Notes under the pieces: model-generated | Told to the model about the DNA's origin: nothing | The model's input: the letters and a program-made list of their open reading frames with translations, nothing else | Databases searched by the model: none | Assembly: GCF_018350175.1 (NCBI RefSeq) | Contig: NC_058368.1 | Location: 121,088,001-121,152,000 of the forward strand | Source: Felis catus | Taxonomy: Eukaryota | Length of the DNA stretch: 64,000 nucleotides | Direction of reading: 5' to 3' | Shown here: positions 53,733 through 64,000 of the stretch, in pieces | Position numbering within the stretch: position 1 is the first letter of the stretch | How the letters are laid out: each line of letters begins with the position of its first letter | Made by a program: the position numbers and the translations under genes

Positions 53733-56349
53733 CAGGATTGTTTTTCATCCTCTAGACAGGATGAGGGAGTGAAAAATATAGATTTGCCTGCTTTGTTTAC
53801 AACACCTAAATATGTTATGTTGATTTGTAGATTCTTGGAAGCTTGTTTTTTCATTTTGCTGCAGTCTAAAGGTTACTGTAGAAGCATTTGATAACCCATT
53901 CCATTAGTCCAATCTGTTAACTGCACTGTCTTACTAAAATGTATCTACTCGTTAACCTAGACATATCAGCCCATGCATCTTTGAGCCAAAACCTCTAATA
54001 CTCTCCTCCATGTTTTTATCTTAAAATCAATAAATATCCAAATGTGTGTAGCATTTGCTGTTAATTCTTTCACTAAGCAATTTTTGGGGAACCCACCACA
54101 TACTAGGCAGTTTTCTAGATGCTCAAGAAACATTACGCAACAAAACAAATATCCTTGTTGACCTCAAGAGCTTACCTTCCGGTAGGAGAAAGCGATGTAA
54201 TGCCAGTCATCACGCAAATAAATAGAAAATGACATATTTTGCCTTGAAAGAAAAGTAAAGGGGGTGCTGAGAGGTAGATGGAGTATCTCGTTCAGTTTGC
54301 CTGTGTGCCAAAGGAAGCCCCTCTGAGGAAGTGATATTAAACATGAGACCTGAAAGAAAAGAGCAGTAGGTATCTTTAATTATTTTCTTACCCAGCATCA
54401 GTTGACATTCTTCTAAAACCACAGTCTGAGCCTTTCTGGACTTGCACACCCTTCCCACATTCACTGCGGTGGTACTTTGGAGGTATTTCTGCTGCCCCTC
54501 GCTGTTGGGTGGTGCCAAGACCTAAGCTAAGCCAATCAGCATAAGCGACTCATATGGGGATGAGCACATAACCTACCGAGGCCAATCACAGCAGCAAAGC
54601 CCCATCTAGGCGCTTTGGTTTGGGCCATCTTTACTCACTGCATTGAGGATATGCCCTTGAAATGGGAAAGGCTTGTTTTGAGGTTATTGTGGTGATCCAG
54701 GCCAGGGGTAGTGGTGATTGGACTATGGCTATGGCATGGAACATGGAAAAGAATGGAGAGATTGAAATATAATTTAGAGCTAGAGAAGGATAGGGAAAAA
54801 TTTTTCTCTGCTTAAACCCATTGCTTTCTCATTTTGATTTTATGTTTCAAAGGCCGAGGGGCAGCATAAAAAAAATAAATGCGCTGAGATTTAGACCCCA
54901 TTTCTGGGACTAAGTCAGTTAAGTAGGATGTGGCATTGAACAAGTCCTTTTCCTTCTCAGACCTTCACTTCTTCATCTCCATAAAAGGAAGGGGGAGTTA
55001 GCCTGCCTTTACATTTTTTCTTTAAGCACTGACATTTTAAGAATCCTGATCACAGGAAGCTACCACATCAAAATATTTGAAAGAGATAAGTGTTCCTGAC
55101 TTGACTAAGGAAACACTTTTATCGTAACACTATTCACTAAAGCAGGATTTCCCCAAAGGTGTACTTAGATGCGTTTACATGGACAAATATGTATACTAAT
55201 AGTTATTTCTCCTGGTGTTGTGATTTCTTTCCATTACCTTAGTGTTATTGGTCCCTTTCTGTTCCCTTACTCCCTCCTGCCCTATTGGTGAGTTTAGAGG
55301 AAAAACTAAGTCGTAGCTCAGTCTTTCCTTCTCCATCCTTTCTGAATCTGTTGCCTTCAGGGAAGACAACTTCTATGCAGTCCTTGGCTGTGAGGTAACA
55401 GGGCTACACTGGTGGGAAGGCTTGCAGGTGGGTATGTCTGCCCAAACCTAAGGTCCACTCTTAGGGAGCCCATAATTGTGCAGCATCTAAGCAACATTCA
55501 CCAGTGCAGCTTTTGACTAGCAATGAACATGATGTTTTGAGCTCCATTTTCCTGATTTTTTATCTTATCCTTCAGGTGGTACTAAAAATGAGTGGGGGAA
55601 AATGATGTTTATTGAGTCCCTTTAAATGCCAACATCTATGTATCCACCTTAATGGATACTGGAAAAACACATGTTAATTAAACCCTATGATGCCACAGAT
55701 ATTACTGCTTAATATGAATCTAATTCTTTTAAGGGGGCCATTTTAATGCTGATTAAACAAAAATGTTTAAAAAACAGTAATACAGGTGGTACAAAATTGT
55801 GAATTTGGCAAATATACAAAAAATTATAGATTATATGAATAACAGAAGTTTGGAAATTACTATACCGAAAAGAAAAATGTGATGTAAGGCATGCCTTGCT
55901 CCATCGAGGAGGTTCATCATACCAAAAAGACTGTCAATTTAGGAGAAAGGCTGAGGAAATCTTATATAAGAAAAAGTTAAGTTGGAAATATCAGTGTAAA
56001 ATAACAACCTTAATAAGTATGTTTTCAGGTGTCAGTGGCCCAGAAGCAACATCAATGCATTCTTGCTTACCACACATTCTCAAGTGCACCCCAAGAGCCC
56101 AGCTCCTGTTGTTCAGAATTATCACCTATTCAAAAGAAACACAAACCCCTGGAAGCTAGGTGATACCATGATTTAGGAAAGAGAAAAAATTAAGAACATT
56201 TATCCAACATCCTCTTGTTACCAAAAAGCAAGAATGTTTTCAAAAATGTCAGGAACATTGTATAAAGGATAAAGAAGCCAACATGAAGGACTGATTATAA
56301 GCTGACATTTCTTTTAAATAAAATTTTTATTGTAAGAATAAAGCACTGA

Positions 56350-56350
<1 letters not shown>

Positions 56351-56381
<31 letters not shown>
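56351..56381. repeat. (CA)n microsatellite
   Basis: Directly visible. Confidence 0.95.
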
Positions 56382-56385
<4 letters not shown>

Positions 56386-56716
56386 CAAATGTATGCCCAG
56401 GTCAAAAAATAGACCTTTGCCACTCATCCCACAAGCTCCTTCCATGGGCCTCATTCTGATCACTCTTCCTTTCCGTTCTTTTATATTAATGACTTATTTG
56501 TATTTTTATGGTTTTATCACCCAGATGTATACCCCAAGACTATAGTCTTGCCCATTAAAAAAAAAATCTGTCCCTGTCGCTTAAGATGAATTTACAATCT
56601 GAGCATCAAAAGCACTTTCACCATCATCATCAACACCACCATGACCAACATCAGGTTGACCAACATGAGGCATGAGAAAGGCCATGAATTGGAAATGACT
56701 CAAAATAGAAAAGCTA

Positions 56717-56942
56717 GGGGCGCCTGGGTGGCGCAGTCGGTTAAGCGTCCGACTTCAGCCAGGTCACGATCTCGCGGTCCGTGGGTTCGAGCCCCGCGTC
56801 GGGCTCTGGGCTGATGGCTCAGAGCCTGGAGCCTGTTTCCGATTCTGTGTCTCCCTCTCTCTCTGCCCCTCCCCCGTTCATGCTCTGTCTCTCTCTGTCC
56901 CAAAAATAAATAAAAACGTTGAAAAAAAAAATTTAAAAAAAA
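56717..56942 (+). mobile_element. Young Can-SINE (SINEC_Fc-type)
   Basis: Near-consensus, CpG-rich; perfect 15-bp TSD aaaatagaaaagcta. Confidence 0.95.
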
Positions 56943-58114
56943 AAAATAGAAAAGCTAATATGAAATCTGCCCAAAAGGTCACTGTGATAGAAAATGGTGA
57001 ATGTAATAAGCCACAAAAAATTTTTGTTGATTTTAATAATCAGAAGGGTTTGACATTTCTTCTAGTAATCTTATGTTTATAAAACACAGTCATATGTCTA
57101 TCTTTATCTGTTTAAGGAAAATAAACATTGGAAACTGTAAGCCAAATAGTCCCAGAAAAAGCAGATGCCAAGAACAGGAAGGACCCTTTGGCTTCGGTGG
57201 GGACCCACAATAACCAAACAGCAAGAGAGCTCCACTAATATGTTATATTGATCAATATAATGTATTAGCCAGATGACCTACAAAGGGACACTAACTAGTC
57301 AATCTTTCAGCTCTTAAGAGATTAAATCTCAATGCTAATAAGGGAGGTATAAGTTTTTAATGCTAAGAGATAAAATGAATTTTTGATTATGACAGGATAA
57401 TCGGTTATATCACAATGGCCAAGTGATAATTAAAAAACAATTTCAGAGATAGATACTAGGTTGCAAAATTAAACCTCAGGCATAAGATAAGGCCTGAAAT
57501 AGTCTCTCTGATATAACAGGTATCATTTATCTGCAGAAAAGCTTACTATAAAAAGGTGATTTGGGTTAGAATCACCTTGGGAGAAACAAACAAGTCTGAC
57601 CAAGAATTAATCAGTCAATAAACCAAGTTCTACAATCTAGGCTGTTCTGATAACATAATCTTTCTTTGAGATCTACTAAGAATTTTGTGACCCAAGAAAA
57701 GGAGTAAAAATAATAATGCCATAGCCCTCATGGCATATCAAAACTAGCAGAGAAAAACAAGAACAGAAATAAGATGGGCATTAAACCCATGATATTGATG
57801 CTTTTAGAGTAGATTTAAGTGAAATTATGGCAATAAATTCTGTGATTTTTGGTTTACATGTTTGTGAATGAAGGTTTTGAAGTGTTTAAAAGGATCAGCC
57901 ATTCTGAATATATAATTGCAGTCGGTTTAAAATGTTTAAAATTATATGATTAATAAATTTGTCATCAATGTTTAAAGGCCTCAAGAAAAATTGGTTTTCA
58001 GTTGTGGGTATTGGATTCACGAACTTCATAAACTGAGCATAAAACAAAGTATAAATGATTATACTTCTCTCCACGGGAATACCCTTTGGAGATAAAAGGA
58101 TCTGTCATGTCACC

Positions 58115-58640
58115 TTGTGTTAGCTTTCTATCCCTGGGTTACAAGTGGTCCCCAAACTTCCTGGTTTAAGACAATATTTATTTGCTCACAGTTGATCATC
58201 TCACAGCTCAGGGCTTAGCTGCCTGGTTCCAGCTCCAGGTCTCTCACAAGTCTGGAATTAAGATGTCATCTACCCCAAGGCTCAGCTCAACTAGAGAAGA
58301 AGCACCTTCCAAGCTCACTCATGTGGGTGTTGGCAGGATTCGTTCCCAGCGGGTCACTGGACTGAGGGGCTCAGTTCCTCCCTGGCTATTGCCAGGCCAT
58401 GTGGACCTCTGCATAAGGCAGCTTCCACTGTGGCAGCTGGTTTCAGCAAGTCAGCAAGCAAGGAAAGCCAAAGAAAGAATCATAGTTTTTTTTAAAACCT
58501 AATCTCAGAGGAGACATCCCATCGTTTTTGCCATACCCCATTGTGAGAAGCAAGTCCCAAAGTCCAGTTCACATTCGAGGGGACTGCACAAAGCCAGGAA
58601 TACCAAAAGGTGGGGGTCACTGGGAATCATTTTAGAAGCT
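58115..58640 (-). mobile_element. MaLR (MLT1-type) LTR
   Basis: tgtgttagctttct...ccaaactt..tggtttaagacaa.atttatttgctcacagtt..., typical of antisense MLT1. Confidence 0.65.
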
Positions 58641-59786
58641 GTCTCTCTGAGGAATTTTTCTTAGACATTGGCCCACAAGACATACAATACACTGTATGTG
58701 TAACCAAATGTCATGTTTCTGCAAACACCAGATCACCAAATATTTATTTGAACATCTGCTATACAGCAGGCCCTATGGTAGGTGCAGGGGATATAATGAT
58801 GGATGAGGCACACTTTCTGCCCTTAAGGAGTTCATAGCAGAATGAAGGAGGCCAACAACTAAAGGAGAGTTAGCCATTCTCTATTCTCTTCCCCTTCTAT
58901 AATATCTATCATTTTATTTTGCAAATATTCATTTAAATCTCTGGTTCTCTGTGAGACTATAATGTTCCTAAGAAAAGGTACCATGTCTGTTTCATCTTCT
59001 GGCTCCCTGTTTTTTCACAGGAATCGTTCAACAATATAACACTTTGAACATAGAAAGCAGACATGGTCAATAATCTGTTAGCCATCCACATCTTAGTATG
59101 AATTAATGCCCCCAATCTTTTGAGAAATAATCATTAACAGGGGAAGAAGTACTTGGCAGCTGGATAGAAGTGATACTGAAGGACTGCATAAAGAGAAAGA
59201 AGTCTCATACCGTTAAAGAAGATAAATGCTAACTCTAGTTTTGTCAAGGCCCGATTTAGCTGCCCCATTCTTACCACCTGCCCCCCACACCTCCACCACC
59301 AGACAATGAGGAAGTTATATTGTTTTATGTTTCCAGGTCTTTTCTTCTCTAGGTTTTACATGTTGTTTAACACAGGCAGTAATTAGATGCCATAATTCCA
59401 ACAGTGACAGAATTCCATTTCTCTCACATAATTGCATGAATGTGAACTCTCTGTAATTACTGTGTTTAATTAGAAAATGAGATGCAACTAATTAGGCCAG
59501 GTGATAAAAACAACTGTGAACATTTCTTTCAAATTTACCTTTATCATTAAATTCACTCAGACGAAGCTCCAGTGAACCATAGAAACTTTTTATAAATGTC
59601 ACTGGCACCAGTCTAAATGAATGTATTGGCAGAGTGAGTCATAACTGTGGAAGACTTAGAAAGAACAATGTCGTCTTTCTCATAAACTTAAGTTTAATTT
59701 GGTATCTTTGGCCAGTTTAATTTGGAAAGGTCAAATATGGTTCACACAGTTAATGCTTAACGTGGACTTCAAAAAATATTTTCAGA

Positions 59787-60228
59787 GGACCCTGGGGTGG
59801 CTCCGTCGATTGAGCGTCTGACTCTTGATTTCGGCTCAGATCGTGGTATCACGGTTTGTGAGATCGAGCCCTGCATTGGGCTCTGCACTGTCAGCAAGGA
59901 GTCTGCTTGGGATTCTCTCTCTCTCCCTCTCTCTCTGCCCACCTACCCACCCGCCCCCTTCAAAATAAATAAATAAACTTATTTTTAAAAAGTGATCTTG
60001 GGGCGCCTGGGTGGCTTGGTCGGTTGAGCGTCCGACTTTGGCTCAGGTCATGATCTCACGGTCCGTGAGTTCGAGCCCCGCGTCAGGCTCTGTGCTGACA
60101 GCTCAGAGCCTGGAGCCTGTTTCAGATTCTGTATCTCCCTCTCTCTCTGCTCCTCCCCTGTTCATGTCTCCCTCATGTTCTGTCTCTCTCTGTCTCAAAA
60201 AAAATAAATAAATGTTAAAAAAAAAAAA
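59787..60228 (+). mobile_element. Two tandem Can-SINEs (59787-59985, 60000-60228)
   Basis: The second copy has TSD aaaagtgatctt, placed at the tail of the first. Confidence 0.92.
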
Positions 60229-61329
60229 AAAGTGATCTTACCTGGAAGCCAAAATAAAAATGGAAAAAAGTAGAGTTATTCTAATGGCACAGGTCTAAGG
60301 CGATGGGTTCAACCCTCCTCAGCCCACAGGATGACAGGCAGGGGCAGACAGGGGCCACTGCAAAGCACAAGTGTCTGCCTAGAAGGGGTGGGGTTTATGA
60401 AAGGAAACCTGGCCCTGCAGATCTTTGTGTGCGAAGGAGTAGATAGGCCTTGAGGCTAAGCCACATTTGAGAAAAGGGGCCATAAAGATAAGTTATTCTG
60501 TTTCACAGAGCAAGAACAGAGGGTACACAGGGATGGACAGGCATAAATGAAAGGAGGAACCAGCAGGATGGTTGTAAGGGGCCAGCACACCAGGGAAACA
60601 AGTCTTGCTAAGTTCAGCAGAGTTGAAGCAGAGTTGTTACAGTACTACCTTCTCAGGCCCCTAGTTACCGCGCCCATTTTCCCTACAGGGTGTTACTTTC
60701 ACGAAAGCTTAGGAAGGCAAGGTGTTTGTGAAGATCACTGAAGGGGCTTGCATGTTTATGGCCTGGGTGGATGTGTCGGGGAAAGGAACAGCATGTGTGG
60801 GGCTAACGTGACCAATACGCAGAATTAATTCAAGGGTTTAGGACAACCCAGGGAATGAGCGTCAAGTGCTTAGAACAGTGTCCTGCACGTGGTACAGCTG
60901 ATATGCGATTGTTTAAATAAGTACATAAATAAATAAATTCTGTAATAAGTCTCCTATTAAGTCCTCCTATTCAGAGGAACTGAATCACTGGAGTAACTAG
61001 CAAAGGGTAAGCGGCAGTGTCCTCCAGAGATATACAACCAAATTCATTTATTATGCCTACTGGAGGCCCAAGACTATGATTTCATTGATGATAAATACGA
61101 AGAGTATGTTCATCTTGGAATCCTGAAGACCTAGTATAAATATTTGGAACATAGTCAAAATCCAGTGGGAAACTGCTCAATGGATAAAGGAATTGGTAGA
61201 TATTCTATCTTTTGAAAACACGTAGTAATTTTAAAAAATGTTTAAATTGAAGTATAGCTCACATAGTCAAAAATGTTGGAGCTTTCAACACACATAGCAT
61301 TATTTTCATTATAGCATCACTAGGATTTT

Positions 61330-61734
61330 TTTAATTCAAATAAGTTAACATACAGCGTAGCGTAGTATTGGTTTCAGGAGTAGAGCTCAGCGACGCATCA
61401 ATTACATACAACACCCAGTGCTCATCCCAAAAAGTGCCCTCCTTAATGCCCATCACCATTATCCCCGCCACTCCCCCAGCCTCCTCCCCTCCAGCAACCC
61501 TCAGTTTGTTCTCTGTATTTAAGAGTCTCTTATGGTTTGCCTCCCTCTGTTTTTACCTTATTTTTCCTTCCCTTCCCCTATGTTCATCTGTTTCGTATCT
61601 TAAATTCCACATATGAGTGAAATCACATATTTATCTTTCTCTGGCTTATTTCACTTAGCATAATACACCCTAGTTCCATCCACATTGTTGCAAATGGCAA
61701 GATTTCATTCTTTTTGATTGCCGAATAATATTCC

Positions 61735-61775
<41 letters not shown>

Positions 61776-61792
61776 CACATCTTCTTAATCTA
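61330..61792 (-). mobile_element. Carnivore L1 3' end containing (CA)n (61736-61772)
   Basis: Same 3' UTR type as 35166-35497; TSD-like taggattttttt / taggacattttttt. Confidence 0.88.
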
Positions 61793-62039
61793 TTAGGACA
61801 TTTTTTAACCTTCCTATTTTTGTCTAGCTGTGAAGGAATTCTTCCAGTCTTAGGAGCACTAGTTGGCCACCCATACTCATGACACTAAACTTAACCAGGA
61901 CACTGCCCAAACCACTGGCAATGTTTGTAGATCACAAATCAAAAAGTGGTATTTTAGTTCAAACTTCTCTCCCCTGGTAGGTAAGAACTCAGAAAGGGTT
62001 TGCATGCAGTTGGTCATAAGCAGTATTTCTGGGTTCAGA

Positions 62040-63365
62040 GGACGGACTCTATGGCTCTACCTTCAAAATATATCCACAATCCAACCACTGCCACCACCTC
62101 CGCTAATACCACACTGACCCCGGCCACCATTAACTGTCCCCAGGATCACTGCAGTGGTCTCCCAACTGGGCTCCTACTTCCACATTTGCCCCATGGTGTC
62201 TTCTCACAACACAGCAGCCAGAGAAGCTGGTGAAAATACAAATCAGACTGTGAACCTCTTCTGCTCAAAATATTTTTATCAGTTGGCATTCAATCAGGAA
62301 ACCAGAAACCACTCTAGATATTTCAGAGTATCAAGTATAGATATAGATATAGATATAGATATAGATATAGATATAGATATAGATATAGATAGATAGATGT
62401 ATATATCATATAGATACAGATTATAGGGAATTGATTACAAAGATTACTAACTGCAGCAAGCCACTACTCACTCCCCTTAGGCTGAGGGGAAAATGGTGTA
62501 ACACTGAACCTCCAATCAGAGCCACCAAAGCGACTGCAGTTGGAGCCGGGCTTCCTGGGCCAGCATTCCCAGCTGCTGTTGCTGTTAACACAGCTGCCTC
62601 GTGGGAACGGCTGTCAGGATCCCCAACAGAAAAAGAGGGAAGACTTTCCTTCCGCCCGTCTTCCACCCGTTGGCAGGACTTAACAGGGAGCCAGCAGGCA
62701 AGATTTCTGGGAAGTGTAGGTTGTGGCTGTCCCGCCCCAGCAGTGAGAGGAGCATGTGGAAGGAGAGATGGTGCGGTTGACAGGAAACATGCCCCGTGCA
62801 GAGCACCAGTTCACTTCCTGAAACCCAGGTTTTTACAAGAGCTTTGAGGTGCCCCCTCAGGCGCCTTCCTTTCTGACCTCACTCCCTGACACTTGTCATC
62901 TTGCTCACTGCACTGCAGCCACACTGGTTTCTTTGCTGCTCTCCTGCCTACAAGCCTAGCACTTGCTGTTTCCTCTGCCTGGAATAACCTTACCCCCAGA
63001 CACGTTCACCTCATGCCCTTGAGGCCTTTATGTAAAAGAAACTTTCTCAGTGATGCTTCCCTGAAAACTAATTTAAAATTGCAAACCATCCTAACTCTTG
63101 ACACCCCACATTGTTTTATTTTTCATCAAAGCATTTATCCTTTTCTAACACCTTATACATTACATGTGTGCATACGTAATTGTATTTTTTATTCTGTTGC
63201 ATACTATTTAGTTGTCTTTAAATATAGATATTTTATGTCAAATATATATGTTTTTAGGTCTCAATACCTCCCCACCAAAATGTAAGCTCCATGGGGGCTA
63301 GGATTTTGTCTGTTTTGTTTAATGATATATTCCCAGTGCACGATAAATTCTTGTTCACTGAATAA
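62040..63365. mobile_element. L2 fragments split by an old LTR-like insert (~62275-62830)
   Basis: L2-type words (ctctaccttcaaaatatatcc; cactgcagccacactgg; gctgtttcctctgcctggaa; atgtaagctccatg) flank a different, LTR-like segment. Confidence 0.6.
62335..62395. repeat. (ATATAG)n hexanucleotide microsatellite
   Basis: Directly visible; source of the IDIDID run in the ORF track. Confidence 0.95.
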
Positions 63366-64000
63366 ACAAACGTAATCATTAGTGGATGCATTTATTATGG
63401 GCTGAAAAGGATTAAAGGCTCTAAAAAGCATGAAGGAAGGAAAAGAAACCACCATTGCTATACCTCCTCCCCTGGGAAGCCTCTCTAACCCCACTCAGGC
63501 TACATCAGATGTACCTTCCATGTGCTTCAAATCCTCCTAGCAATTCCCCTACCCTAGAACTTGTCATGCTACGCTGTGATTATCTGTTGATAGATCTGCC
63601 TCCTCCACTGAAAGTGTAAGCACTGTGCCCTACCGAAGCGATGGTGCCCATCTGGGCAACAATGTACATCAGGCACGCAGGGCTCAAAACAGCCGTTGTC
63701 AAATGTTCCTGTCAAAAAAGAGAAGAACGCACTTAAAGGCCTCTTGTTATCATTCCTTCCTCTAGTAGTCTGGAAAAATAGAAGAGTCAAAAGCTGTGAG
63801 AAACCATAAACCAACTCAGGAAACAGTTTAGTGCAGAGGCAAAGAAAGTCTCTTAGGAATAGTTCTATCATTCTGGGGAAGAGAGGACAGGCAAAATTTA
63901 TCATGGCTTCAAAAAATATTTTAATCTTTCTATTAGAGGTATTTATGTCTCCTGAAAAGCGTTCATTGAATTATTTTAATAGCTGAATACTAGAGAATAA

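Noticed and set aside
62431..62847. 138-aa plus-strand ORF
   Set aside because: Non-ATG start, lies in an LTR-like insert within L2, and shows no recognisable domain.
63569..63904. 111-aa minus-strand ORF as a possible GRXCR2 last exon
   Set aside because: Lacks the GRXCR2 C-terminal CxxC repeats (CPACNENGL...). No GRXCR2 coding sequence is recognisable in the window, though its 3' end may lie just beyond it.

Overview
Mammalian (carnivore, most likely felid) genomic DNA, identified from about 31 tRNA-derived Can-SINE (SINEC_Fc-type) copies plus L1, LTR, MIR/L2 and DNA-transposon relics. The only protein-coding gene I can support is PRELID2 on the minus strand. It has a CpG-island promoter at ~38.6-39.6 kb and five coding exons (38974-39048, 25392-25449, 23000-23073, 20450-20610, 4730-4835), all with GT-AG boundaries, which splice in frame to 474 nt / 158 aa ([17 protein letters not shown]...FLRQGAQR). 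The canonical last coding exon (GIRIMEMLLKEQCG...) is not in the window and presumably lies left of position 1. The region 39.6-64 kb is repeat-rich intergenic DNA. Most ORFs in the supplied track are SINE/L1/LTR or CpG-island artefacts. The most interesting signals concern PRELID2 splicing: (1) a 60-nt candidate alternative terminal exon (3315-3374) that looks like a frameshift-compensated duplicate of the canonical last coding exon; (2) a disabled counterpart of the human cassette exon SLSTLVILCWKK (21784-21814); (3) an exon-4 start that regenerates a 5' splice site (recursive-splice architecture), with a (UG)n tract beside its donor; (4) inverted Can-SINE pairs bracketing exons, relevant to circRNA or RNA editing. 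Repeat family names are from recognition only and repeat boundaries are approximate. No database search was run.
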